Positions 10,481 through 19,523 of a stretch of DNA of 64,000 nucleotides are shown here, piece by piece; position 1 is the first letter of the stretch; the number at the start of each line of letters is the position of its first letter. Below the pieces are notes generated by a model. That model was not told the DNA's origin. It searched no databases and saw nothing but the letters and a program-made list of their open reading frames with translations. The stretch is taken from sequence record MW218148.1, one strand, 5' to 3'. The position numbers and the translations under genes were made by a program.

Positions 10481-10486
10481 GTTTTT

Positions 10487-10506
10487 AAATATATATTATA
10501 AAAATG
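10487..10506 (+). promoter_or_regulatory. Early-type (virion RNAP) promoter motif AAATATATATTATAAAAATG
   Basis: Exact intergenic 20-mer repeated at 32666, 35798 and 47705; core resembles the phiKZ early motif TATATTAC. Confidence 0.65.
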
Positions 10507-10543
10507 TATTAATATAGAAATTATATTAATATAAATAATAAAA

Positions 10544-11812
10544 TTGGAGAGTGGCATAGATATGTTAACAAGTTTTAAAGATCATTTACACAGAGGTAAT
10601 AATTTATCGGTTTCTATTTATACTTTATTTGCGAGAAAGAATAAAAATACAGGTAATCCTATTAAAGGTGAGTATGTTAATACTTATCAATCTAGTCAAT
10701 ATAACGGAGTTCCTTTCTTAAGTGAAATTGAAAATAATGGCAGTCATTATATTTCTTTCTCTTATAGCAAATTCCAACAAGGTCAAGCACCTATTACAGA
10801 AGATGTTTTAATTAGCTATCCTCACTTAAAAGAGTTCAATACTTTTTTAAAGGCTACTTATTCAAGTATTAGTGAGAACTTTGACAAAATCTTTTCTAAT
10901 AATCAAGTAACTCCAGAATACCAACAACACATCTGGCAATCACCTGAATTAATCTCAGGTAAACAAATTGCAATTGCACCGGGAGTAATTCAAAGTCAAA
11001 GAAATAATGGAAATGAAATTGGTTTCAATATCATGGTTAATGATACTAGTAAATATGACTTCTTAACAGCAAACACATTTATTAGCTTGGTTACTTTATT
11101 AGCTAGAATTACTAATGATCCATTAACTTTCCGTAATCAATGTATTCAAGCAGAAATGCAATCTAAAGAAATTGAAAATAATTACTTATTAAAAGGGTTA
11201 TTAAGAGCTCAAGGTTTACCTACAGACATGAGTAATCATCACATGGATGAAAAAGCTTCTTATGGAAATAACTCAGCTCCACGTAATAACTATAATAACA
11301 ATAATAGCTATAACAATGGTGGAAACAAGTTTGGTAACTTTGGTGGAGGTAATAACGGAAATTTTAATAGACCTCAGCAACAACAAGGAGGTTTTAACCA
11401 ACAACAAGCACCACAACAAAGTAGTAATCCATTTGGAAATTTCGGTAATCCACAACAACAGCAGCAACCACAAAGTAGTCCAAATCCATTTAATACAGAA
11501 CAAAGTAATGCTCAAGCACCACAACAAAGTGGTAATCCATTTGATGTTGGTGGATCAAATGAAATCTCGGATGATGATTTACCATTTGTAACTAAAGAAG
11601 AAGTTAATACTCAACCTCAACAACAAGATAACAGACAGATTGACAAAGGTAACATGTTTAAAGATGCTGAAGTTAATAAAGAATCTGGTTCATTGGAAGA
11701 ACTATCTAATACAGTTAATAAAGAAGAATCAGGTAAGGCAGAATCTTTATTAAACGACTTTATTAAAAAAGGTAAAGAAACAGAGCAAGAAGATGACGAT
11801 TTAGGTATCTAA
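10544..11812 (+). CDS. Probable single-stranded DNA-binding protein with a long Q/N/G-rich disordered tail
   Basis: Globular N-terminal half, repeated NPF motifs, internal EISDDDLPF and acidic C-terminus EDDDLGI. The true start is likely the ATG at 10561, since GGAG lies inside the track ORF. Confidence 0.55.
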   Translation: MESGIDMLTSFKDHLHRGNNLSVSIYTLFARKNKNTGNPIKGEYVNTYQSSQYNGVPFLSEIENNGSHYISFSYSKFQQGQAPITEDVLISYPHLKEFNTFLKATYSSISENFDKIFSNNQVTPEYQQHIWQSPELISGKQIAIAPGVIQSQRNNGNEIGFNIMVNDTSKYDFLTANTFISLVTLLARITNDPLTFRNQCIQAEMQSKEIENNYLLKGLLRAQGLPTDMSNHHMDEKASYGNNSAPRNNYNNNNSYNNGGNKFGNFGGGNNGNFNRPQQQQGGFNQQQAPQQSSNPFGNFGNPQQQQQPQSSPNPFNTEQSNAQAPQQSGNPFDVGGSNEISDDDLPFVTKEEVNTQPQQQDNRQIDKGNMFKDAEVNKESGSLEELSNTVNKEESGKAESLLNDFIKKGKETEQEDDDLGI

Positions 11813-11822
11813 TCAGATTAAA

Positions 11823-11862
11823 ATATGATCTAATATGGGTTAATATCCATATTAGGTCATAT
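11823..11862 (+). terminator. Stem-loop after the SSB-like gene
   Basis: ATATGATCTAATATGGG / TCCATATTAGGTCATAT inverted repeat followed by T-rich sequence. Confidence 0.6.
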
Positions 11863-11901
11863 TCCATCTTTTATTTTTTATAAAAAATTAAGATAAGGTA
11901 G

Positions 11902-12750
11902 TTGATATACATTATGGAAAACAAAAATGACTTAAGCGAATTAGAAAGAATTATAAATGATATGGACACTATGGATGTTAAAGAAGTATTTAAAAAGGTA
12001 AGATCATCAGATTCAGATAGTAGTAATGAAATTGATAAAGAGTCTTCTAAATATAAAGGAGATATTAAAGGTATTGTTACTAAAGAAGAATATGAAGAAT
12101 TACCTTATTTAGGTAAGAAATGTATTCAATTTATGGAGAATTATGTAGCTGATAAAGAGGATTTAACTTTTGAAGATTATTTCGAAAGATACGCTAACAC
12201 ATATGGTAAAGATGAAATTAACTCATTTAAAAATACTATATACAGACTTAAGACAAGCAAAGTATTTACAATACAATCTTTAATAAGTATAGTTAATGTT
12301 ATCGGTTATGAAGTTCATATGGAAGCTGAAGAGTTTAAACCTATGCAAAATCTTAGAGTATATAAACCTAAGAGAAAAGTAAACGCTTCTAGATTTATGG
12401 GTAAATTACATTTTGAATTAGATCCTAATGTAGTATATGAAGATTTTATATTGGAATTTATAACATTCTTAGAAGATTTAGGTGATGAAGGTTATACTTT
12501 TGAAATGTTATTTGGAGAACTTGAATATAATTCTGATGAAAGAAATCCAGTTAATAAACTTAAATCTACTTTAGATAAATTAATTAAGCAAGGTAAACTT
12601 ACTTGGAAAACTATGGAAACAGTTTCTGAATGTTTAGGTATGAACCTTAAAGTTGATTTTAAGAAAGATACAATTGATACAGATGAGATCAAAAAATTTG
12701 ATGCATCAAGTAGAATAAAACTTAGAGATGATGATATTACTAAAAAGTAA
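11902..12750 (+). CDS. Protein with two tandem XRE/HipB-like HTH modules
   Basis: Internal repeat FTIQSLISIVNVIGYEVHM and LTWKTMETVSECLGMNLKV, matching the T-L-x-x-L-x-x-I-x-x-x-L-G-Y HTH tail pattern. Confidence 0.45.
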   Translation: MIYIMENKNDLSELERIINDMDTMDVKEVFKKVRSSDSDSSNEIDKESSKYKGDIKGIVTKEEYEELPYLGKKCIQFMENYVADKEDLTFEDYFERYANTYGKDEINSFKNTIYRLKTSKVFTIQSLISIVNVIGYEVHMEAEEFKPMQNLRVYKPKRKVNASRFMGKLHFELDPNVVYEDFILEFITFLEDLGDEGYTFEMLFGELEYNSDERNPVNKLKSTLDKLIKQGKLTWKTMETVSECLGMNLKVDFKKDTIDTDEIKKFDASSRIKLRDDDITKK

Positions 12751-12760
12751 TCAAAATATA

Positions 12761-12792
12761 TCCCCTAACCTTATTAATTTAAGGTTAGGGGA
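12761..12792. terminator. Bidirectional terminator, CCCCTAA hairpin family copy 1
   Basis: TCCCCTAACCTT-ATTAATTT-AAGGTTAGGGGA between convergent genes; identical to 39996-40027. Confidence 0.8.
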
Positions 12793-12807
12793 ATTTTATT
12801 TTTTTTT

Positions 12808-14475
12808 TTATTCTATAGGTTCTTCTGGAGATTCTTCCACTTGTGAAGCAGTGATATTAATAGTAATATCTTTACTTACACTATCAGAAACAACCTTAAC
12901 TTTAGCAGTTCCTTCAGCTTTAGCAGTTACAAGACCACTGTTGTTAACTGAAGCAAATTCAGTTCCTGAAGTAATAGAATAACTTACAGGGTTTCCTTTA
13001 GGATCTGTAGTTACTGTTAATTGTTGAGTTTCATTATCTTTCATATCAACACTATTAGGAGTAACTGTTAGACTTTTAGTCTTTACTCTAGTTACATTGA
13101 CGTTAACTGTTTTACTAATAGAATCAGAACTTACTTTAACTTTAGCAGTTCCTATAGCTTTAGCAGTCACAAGACCACTACTATTAACAGAAACAACATT
13201 AGTTCCTTCAGTAATAGAATAATTTACAGTGTTTGTAGATGGTTGAATTTTAACGTCTAACTGTTGAGATGATTCTGCATCTATGTTAATTTCTTCTGGA
13301 GTAACAGTTAGACTCTTAGTCTTTAAACGACTTACATTAACCTCTACATTTTTAGAAACATTATCTGACTTAACTGTCACATTTGCAGTTCCTTCAGAAA
13401 TACCAGTAATATTTCCTTTATTATCTAATGAAGCAAATTCAGAACCGTCTTTTAATTCAAAGCTTACTGCTCTTCCTTCTGGTTCAGTAGTAACTTCTAA
13501 TTTCTGAGTTTGTTCAGCTTCAATATTAACTGTCTCTGGAGTAACAGTTATACTTTTAGTTTGGTTAATACTTTCAAATTTTCCGTCTTTAGGATTATAA
13601 ATAGAATATTCAAGTTTTTTATCAATTTCTTTTTGTATAGTTTCTTCACTTAAAATACGGATATTGAAATTAATAATATTATCTTGAATACTTCTCTCAA
13701 ATACTTTAACTAAGACTTCGCCAGTTTTACTAAAGAATAATAAACGATTTTTATCTGCTTGATATTTAGTGTAACTTTCATCACTAATTTCTACATTTAA
13801 TAATTGTATTAAGTTTTCTTTAGCTACAGGAGTAACTTCTTTAGAATCAAAGTCTTTATAACCTAAAATTTTATCTAAAGGTAAAGTAGATTCTTTAAGA
13901 ACGTTAATGTCTTGTTGTAATTGAACTAAACGACCTGTAAATTTACCGTATTCTTTAACTTTAATAAATACTGAATCAGAAACACGTTCAAATAAGTTTT
14001 TATGTCCTAAAGAAGTTGCGATATTGAATTTATCTTGAGAATCTTTAGGGAAATATAATTTAACTTCGTATTCTTCATCTATTTCTAAATCTGAAGTAGG
14101 AATACTTAAGATTTCAGACTTAATTTCTTTAGCAGTATAAGTGTCTACTACAGTTTTGTCTGATAATTTAATTAAGTCAAATTTTAAAAGACCTAATACT
14201 TCACGATCATCAACTGGATTGATGTAGAAAGGAATATTGATAAATTTATCAGATTCTCCTTCAGTTTTAAAGTATACAGTTCTTCTATCATATTTAATCT
14301 TACCAGTTTCAGGAAGTGGTTTAACGTCAGTAATAGTCCAACCAGCTTGTTTTAAACTAGCTAAATCATTACCAGAAAGGATAACATCTTCTTTTGGTCC
14401 TTTTTCACCCAATCCTAAAAATGGAATTAATTTTTCATCTAATAATTTTACTCTATAGTAGTTAGTAGTTGCCAT
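12808..14475 (-). CDS. Virion protein with three C-terminal Ig-like (Big_2) domains
   Basis: Three roughly 80-aa repeats such as SLTVTPxxVxxxxxxTQQLxVxxxP..V.VxxxGLVTAKAxGTAKVKVxS. Confidence 0.85.
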   Translation of the reverse strand: MATTNYYRVKLLDEKLIPFLGLGEKGPKEDVILSGNDLASLKQAGWTITDVKPLPETGKIKYDRRTVYFKTEGESDKFINIPFYINPVDDREVLGLLKFDLIKLSDKTVVDTYTAKEIKSEILSIPTSDLEIDEEYEVKLYFPKDSQDKFNIATSLGHKNLFERVSDSVFIKVKEYGKFTGRLVQLQQDINVLKESTLPLDKILGYKDFDSKEVTPVAKENLIQLLNVEISDESYTKYQADKNRLLFFSKTGEVLVKVFERSIQDNIINFNIRILSEETIQKEIDKKLEYSIYNPKDGKFESINQTKSITVTPETVNIEAEQTQKLEVTTEPEGRAVSFELKDGSEFASLDNKGNITGISEGTANVTVKSDNVSKNVEVNVSRLKTKSLTVTPEEINIDAESSQQLDVKIQPSTNTVNYSITEGTNVVSVNSSGLVTAKAIGTAKVKVSSDSISKTVNVNVTRVKTKSLTVTPNSVDMKDNETQQLTVTTDPKGNPVSYSITSGTEFASVNNSGLVTAKAEGTAKVKVVSDSVSKDITINITASQVEESPEEPIE

Positions 14476-14495
14476 TATTAATTCATCATCCTTTC

Positions 14496-14969
14496 TTATT
14501 GATTTTGCAATAATAACTCGATTAAGTCTTTCTTACGAGCATTGTTCGCATATTCGATTTCTTTAGAATCTAATTCTTCTTTAAGTTCAGCAACAGTGAA
14601 TTCATTTAAGTCTTCTTCTGTAACTTCAACTTCTTTAGCTTCTTCTTTAGACTCTTCTTCAGTTTCAGCTTCTTCCTCTTCTTGAGATTCAGGTTCTTCT
14701 ACTTTTTCTTCAATTTTCTCATCAGCTTTATCCTCTACCGCTTCTGATACTTCTTGATCTTCAACTTTAGTTTCTTCTTCCTCTTTTTTACTACTAGGAT
14801 ATTCATAGTCTTCGTCAACAATAGTAACATGTAAACCTAAACGTCTGAATAAACGGATTTGTGAACCTGAAGCTTGGAAAGGTTTAACAAAAGGACCTTT
14901 ACCTTTACCAGGTACAAAAGCTTTTTCGTTAATGATAATGAAATTATTATCTTCTCTGAAATTTAACAT
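14496..14969 (-). CDS. Small virion-associated protein: shared N-terminal module, acidic linker, C-terminal HeH/LEM-like domain
   Basis: C-terminal LNEFTVAELKEELDSKEIEYANNARKKDLIELL is HeH/LEM/SAP-like. Confidence 0.65.
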   Translation of the reverse strand: MLNFREDNNFIIINEKAFVPGKGKGPFVKPFQASGSQIRLFRRLGLHVTIVDEDYEYPSSKKEEEETKVEDQEVSEAVEDKADEKIEEKVEEPESQEEEEAETEEESKEEAKEVEVTEEDLNEFTVAELKEELDSKEIEYANNARKKDLIELLLQNQ

Positions 14970-15038
14970 ATGTTATTAATCTCCTTTATTATATTTTATA
15001 AATAAAAGTTATAGAGGAATATTATAAAAATTCCTCTA

Positions 15039-15887
15039 TTAACTAAACGTACCCCATGCAGATCCAATACGTTGTCCTTTACCATTAGATTTACCAATAG
15101 GTACATGAACGTATTGTCCTTTAAATTTACCAGATACCCAAATTAAACCATCGAAATCTTGGATTTCATCATATTTAATTGAGTCTCCTTTTTTCATTGC
15201 AGGTCCTTGAGGCCATCCAGTCCATGGACCATTCTTACGTGTAATGATTCCTGAATCAACATTACATTTGAATGTAGCTTTTTCAGCTTTCCATAGGATA
15301 CCGGCAGAATTACGTTTCCATTTACTAGTATTTGCAGTTGCTTTTTTAGCTGTTGCTTTCTTAACTACTTTCTTCTTAGTTGTAGCTTTTTTAGTAGCTG
15401 TCTTAGTTGTAGTTGATGCTTTCTTAGCTACAGTAGTTTTAGGCTTAGATGCAGATTCAAATGAAGGACGAATTACTCCCCAGAAACCTGTATAGTCATG
15501 AAATACTTTAGCGGCAGGTGAACCATTACTTCCTGAGTTAAACCAGTTTTGGTCAACTGAATAGAAGTTATAAAGATTAGCTGAAGTGATAATTCCAGTA
15601 TGTCCAAATTCTTCATAAGGTGCGTTAGCCCAAATAGCGATATCTCCAGCTTGAGGTAAGAAGTTAGCAGTATTCTTGATTAACTTCCAACCAGTAGGTA
15701 AAGTATTATCCTTAAGGTCTTTAGCGTTACCCCATGGCCAGAATTTACCATCTGTTAAGTAATTACAATAACCGATAGTTAAATCCATACATTGTGCTCC
15801 ATAAGCTCCATCCATATCAAGTCTACGACCAATACGATTATTAACCCAATTCAAAGCTTGAGTTTTAGTTTTCATAATATATTTCAA
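15039..15887 (-). CDS. Endolysin, CHAP plus SH3b (SH3_5)
   Basis: DMDGAYGAQCMDL (catalytic Cys), WGNAKD, GDIAIW, FGHTGII (His), DQNW; K/T/A linker; SH3b WKRNSAGILWKAEKATF. Confidence 0.93.
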   Translation of the reverse strand: MKYIMKTKTQALNWVNNRIGRRLDMDGAYGAQCMDLTIGYCNYLTDGKFWPWGNAKDLKDNTLPTGWKLIKNTANFLPQAGDIAIWANAPYEEFGHTGIITSANLYNFYSVDQNWFNSGSNGSPAAKVFHDYTGFWGVIRPSFESASKPKTTVAKKASTTTKTATKKATTKKKVVKKATAKKATANTSKWKRNSAGILWKAEKATFKCNVDSGIITRKNGPWTGWPQGPAMKKGDSIKYDEIQDFDGLIWVSGKFKGQYVHVPIGKSNGKGQRIGSAWGTFS

Positions 15888-15916
15888 TTCCTTTCTAAAT
15901 TTTCTTTAGTTCTTTA

Positions 15917-15928
15917 TATTTAGTTGTT
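15917..15928 (-). promoter_or_regulatory. Late-type promoter AACA-N6-TA
   Basis: AACA-ACTAAA-TATA upstream of the CHAP lysin. Confidence 0.55.
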
Positions 15929-16014
15929 CTTTATCATGGATTTTTTAATAGTCTCCCTAACGATCCTCTTTTATCAGATTCACGTTAGGGAAATTATTAA
16001 GATGAGAACAAATA

Positions 16015-16971
16015 TTAACTAAATGTTCCCCATGCTGGACCAACACGTTTACCATTACTGTTAGATTTACCAACAGGTACATAAACATATTGACCATTTA
16101 GTTTACCTGAAACCCAGATATAACCATCGAAATCTTGAATTTCATCATACTTAATTGACTGTCCTTTTTTAAGAAGAGGACCTTGAGGCCATCCAGTCCA
16201 TGGACCACCTTTACGAGTTACAATACCTACTGATACACCACATTTAAATGTAGCTTTTTCAGTTTTCCATAGGATACCTGCAGAGTTACGTTTCCATGTA
16301 GTAGAAGTTTCATTAGTTGTTTTAGCAGGTTTAGGTGTAGCTTTGGTTTTAGTTTCTGTCTTTTTAACTGTATCAGCTTTTTTAGCTGTTGAAGTTGTAG
16401 CACCTGATTTCATGTAAGCTAATACTTTCTTATCTACATTACTAACACTACGAGACATACCACATGCAGCTAATAAGTTACCCGGATCTTGCTTATCTGC
16501 TTGAATATCCTGATGTCCAGGCATATTAGTCTCAGCGTTAACTTTTTCAGTCTTACATAAATAAGCTAAGATTCTACAGTAGTTATCGAATGATTTTAAT
16601 GAACGAGTTCTATCAGTGAAGTAACATCCTTCCACTCCAATAGCTCCATCATTAGCATCAATACCATACCACTGATTATCTGTAGGTGTATTATACATAA
16701 CGTGCCATGCTTTTTCATCTAAAGGAACACAAATAATACATTCTTTATCATCAACGAAAATATGAGCAGAAGCAGTAGCGTTCCAATCAATATTATACGT
16801 ATTTTTATAATAGTCTACATTATTTTGTGCAGTCGTATTAGGATTACCAGTGTCATGAGCAACAATGAATTTAGGGCCAGTTAATTTATCTCCAGCTCTA
16901 CGAGTACCAATAGGTAAGAAGTCTGTATATACAGGAACTCCGTTCCAAGTACCAATGTGTTTTTTAGCCAT
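16015..16971 (-). CDS. Endolysin, Amidase_2 (N-acetylmuramoyl-L-alanine amidase) plus SH3b
   Basis: FIVAHDTGNP, SAHIFVD, EKAWH, IGVEGC and PGHQDIQADKQDPG Zn-amidase motifs; SH3b close to that of the neighbouring lysin. Confidence 0.93.
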   Translation of the reverse strand: MAKKHIGTWNGVPVYTDFLPIGTRRAGDKLTGPKFIVAHDTGNPNTTAQNNVDYYKNTYNIDWNATASAHIFVDDKECIICVPLDEKAWHVMYNTPTDNQWYGIDANDGAIGVEGCYFTDRTRSLKSFDNYCRILAYLCKTEKVNAETNMPGHQDIQADKQDPGNLLAACGMSRSVSNVDKKVLAYMKSGATTSTAKKADTVKKTETKTKATPKPAKTTNETSTTWKRNSAGILWKTEKATFKCGVSVGIVTRKGGPWTGWPQGPLLKKGQSIKYDEIQDFDGYIWVSGKLNGQYVYVPVGKSNSNGKRVGPAWGTFS

Positions 16972-17001
16972 AATTAAATTTTTCCTCCTTGAATTCTTAT
17001 A

Positions 17002-17241
17002 TTAGTTTGTTTCTTCTTCTGTAGAACTCCAAACATCAGTAGACATAATATCTAATGCTTCAGGAGCTTCTACTATTTGAACTTCTTCATTTTCATGTAA
17101 ATTATTTGATAGTATCTCAGCATATTCTAAGTGACATATTGTCAAAGTTCCATCTACAGATTTTCTCCAGTGTTCAGTATTATAACCTAATTTATCAAAA
17201 AATTCTACATTTGCAATAGCAAACTTCATTACAATTTCCAC
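17002..17241 (-). CDS. Small hypothetical protein ending the fibre/LamG operon
   Basis: 79 aa ORF overlapping the end of the last LamG gene; no transmembrane segment. Confidence 0.65.
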   Translation of the reverse strand: MEIVMKFAIANVEFFDKLGYNTEHWRKSVDGTLTICHLEYAEILSNNLHENEEVQIVEAPEALDIMSTDVWSSTEEETN

Positions 17242-17966
17242 CTTTCTTTTTCCAAATCAAAGTTATGGTTTATTTCTTCTTCAGTAAGTATTCTATCGTA
17301 TATCCTTACGGTTTTAAATAATGTATTATTTTTATCATTTACAGCTCGAATAATTTCTAAATCTAATCCCATTAAAGATATATTCTTACCAGTTGTATCA
17401 CTATTAACACTACTTTTACTCATATTATTACCATTAATAAAAATATTACGTTCTAAAATTTCCCCACCTGAAAGAGTAACGATCACATGTTGTAATCCAA
17501 TATTACTTTCGGGGAAAGAGTAATACTCATGAAATAAACCAGTTGAATTATTTATATGCAAATCTAATTGACCATAGTGAAATATTAAACTGACCCTATC
17601 TGAACCATTAGCTAAAAAAAGTAAATACTGCCAGTTTATTTTACTATCGTAAATATCAAATACTAATTCTAAAGTTAGATCTTTGTTTTTTCTACGAATA
17701 GGATTTTTACTTTTAATATAATCGTCAACACCATCAAATTTTAAACCTTCTCCGGTATATCCACTATCATTAGTATAATTGAATCCAAATAAGTTACTAT
17801 CGCTATCGTTTCCACTAAGGTCTTTTAAAGTATCTTTATTGGTATCATTGTTATTTATACCTTTTAATTCATACCATAATAATAGATTATCTTTAACTGG
17901 ATTAGGGTAAATGATATCATTACCTTTATAAAGTAAATTAATAGGTTTATTACCTAAACTGATCAT
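17229..17966 (-). CDS. LamG/concanavalin-A-like domain protein, paralog 3 (candidate receptor-binding head)
   Basis: YPNPVKDNLLLWY..KDLSG..LKFDGVDDY..RIYDRILTEEEINHNF..EKERW. Confidence 0.75.
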   Translation of the reverse strand: MISLGNKPINLLYKGNDIIYPNPVKDNLLLWYELKGINNNDTNKDTLKDLSGNDSDSNLFGFNYTNDSGYTGEGLKFDGVDDYIKSKNPIRRKNKDLTLELVFDIYDSKINWQYLLFLANGSDRVSLIFHYGQLDLHINNSTGLFHEYYSFPESNIGLQHVIVTLSGGEILERNIFINGNNMSKSSVNSDTTGKNISLMGLDLEIIRAVNDKNNTLFKTVRIYDRILTEEEINHNFDLEKERWKL

Positions 17967-17969
17967 TAA

Positions 17970-18698
17970 TTATAACCCCCATCTCTCTTTTTCTATTTTA
18001 TAGTCGTGTTGTATTTCTTGGTCAGTTAATGCTCGGTTGTAAGCTTTAACAGAAAGCATTTTACCTGTTAAATTTGTATTTCCTGATACCCATTTTCCTA
18101 ACTTAGTTAGTTTTACTTCTCTAGTAGAGATTTCAGTGTTTACTGTTGATAGTAGTTCATCGTTTCCATATAGTTTTAAAGTTTTTGTATTATCGTCTAA
18201 AGTCATTGTTATTACTACTTTAGATTGATTGTTTTGTTGCATTTTATAGAATAAAATATTACTATTAGATGTTGCACTTATTTGCTTGTCTGTATATACC
18301 GAACAGTGTAAAGCGTTATAATTTCTACGCATGTAAAAGGCTTGCTGGTCAAAACCTGCAAAAAATTGTACATTTGCTGAAAAGTCCATATCTAAAGTCA
18401 TAGTTAAAGTAAATGAATTACCTAAGAATACGTCAGTTGATAAGTCATCATCAATATTATCAAATTTAAGACCATCATTATATCCACTATCATCTGTATA
18501 AGAAAAGTTTTGTAACGTTCCATTGTTACCTTTACCGCTTAAATCTTTAGCAGTATTCTTACTCACATCACTATTTTTCATACCTTTAAAGTCATACCAC
18601 AACACTAATCCATCTTTAATGGGATTTGGATATGTTAATTCATTACCTCTATATATGAAATTTATTGGATAGTTTCCTAATTTCATCTCAAATCCCAC
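17970..18698 (-). CDS. LamG/concanavalin-A-like domain protein, paralog 2
   Basis: YPNPIKDGLVLWYDFKG..KDLSGKGNNGTL..LKFDNIDD..AYNRALTDQEIQHDY..EKERW. Confidence 0.75.
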   Translation of the reverse strand: MGFEMKLGNYPINFIYRGNELTYPNPIKDGLVLWYDFKGMKNSDVSKNTAKDLSGKGNNGTLQNFSYTDDSGYNDGLKFDNIDDDLSTDVFLGNSFTLTMTLDMDFSANVQFFAGFDQQAFYMRRNYNALHCSVYTDKQISATSNSNILFYKMQQNNQSKVVITMTLDDNTKTLKLYGNDELLSTVNTEISTREVKLTKLGKWVSGNTNLTGKMLSVKAYNRALTDQEIQHDYKIEKERWGL

Positions 18699-19507
18699 CT
18701 TTTCTTCTCTATCTGATAATTATGCGCTACTTCCGCTTCAGATAAAACTCTATCATAAATTTTTAAAGAGTACATTTCATGTTCAAATCTTCTATAATAT
18801 ACGTCAGCACTACCCTGTCCGAAGAAAGTTATTAAATCTTTTTCTTGAGGGGTTGTGATAGTTATGTCATTCAATGGTTTCTCATCTTTTTTGGCACCAT
18901 TCACATATAGAATTAATTTATCGTTTTTATCTAATGTAGCAGTTATATGGAACTCATCTCCGTATTTGTACCCTCCTATCGTGCTGTGAGAATACGCACT
19001 TCTTCCACCTTCAGCACCATAATAAGTGGATGCTGAAACAACAAATTCATCAGATGAAGTTATATTAAAGTCCTTTATAAACTGTATCCAAAATCTTCCG
19101 TAAGTTTTATTTGTCATAAATATTTCTGAACCTTGAGTCATTATTTTTTCTGTCATTTTCAAAGATATTTCTACACTAAATTTTTGACCGTTGTTTATTT
19201 TCTTCATATCTAATGTTTCAACCGTGTTATCTGGGTACTTTATAACAGGAATTAATCTGTCATCTATACCATCAAATTTAAGGCCTTTGTTTCCATAACC
19301 ACTCTCATTTGTATAAGCGAAGTTAAGTTGTTGAGCTTCTAAATTACCATTACCGCTTAAATCTTTAGTGACACCCTTATTTACATCACTATTTTTCATA
19401 CCTTTAAAGTCATACCATAAAACTAATCCATCTTTAACCGGATTAGGATAAATCAATTTATTTCCTTGATATAAAAAGAATGCATCTAAACTTCCCATAT
19501 TTATCAT
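18683..19507 (-). CDS. LamG/concanavalin-A-like domain protein, paralog 1
   Basis: YPNPVKDGLVLWYDFKG..LKFDGIDD..FHITATLD..LILYVNG..IYDRVLSEAEVAHNY..EKKRW. Confidence 0.75.
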   Translation of the reverse strand: MINMGSLDAFFLYQGNKLIYPNPVKDGLVLWYDFKGMKNSDVNKGVTKDLSGNGNLEAQQLNFAYTNESGYGNKGLKFDGIDDRLIPVIKYPDNTVETLDMKKINNGQKFSVEISLKMTEKIMTQGSEIFMTNKTYGRFWIQFIKDFNITSSDEFVVSASTYYGAEGGRSAYSHSTIGGYKYGDEFHITATLDKNDKLILYVNGAKKDEKPLNDITITTPQEKDLITFFGQGSADVYYRRFEHEMYSLKIYDRVLSEAEVAHNYQIEKKRWDLR

Positions 19508-19523
19508 AATATAACCATCCTTT

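Noticed and set aside
11247-11591. 114-aa alternative-frame ORF inside the SSB-like gene
   Set aside because: Explained by the CAA/AAT low-complexity repeats of the main frame; no RBS or slippery site seen.
12808-13560. Three roughly 240-bp direct repeats
   Set aside because: Fully explained by tandem Ig-domain duplication.
17229-19507. Diversity-generating retroelement acting on the LamG paralogs
   Set aside because: Differences between the near-identical segments (about 18566-18630 versus 19382-19446) are mostly synonymous third positions and not adenine-specific; no reverse transcriptase in the window.
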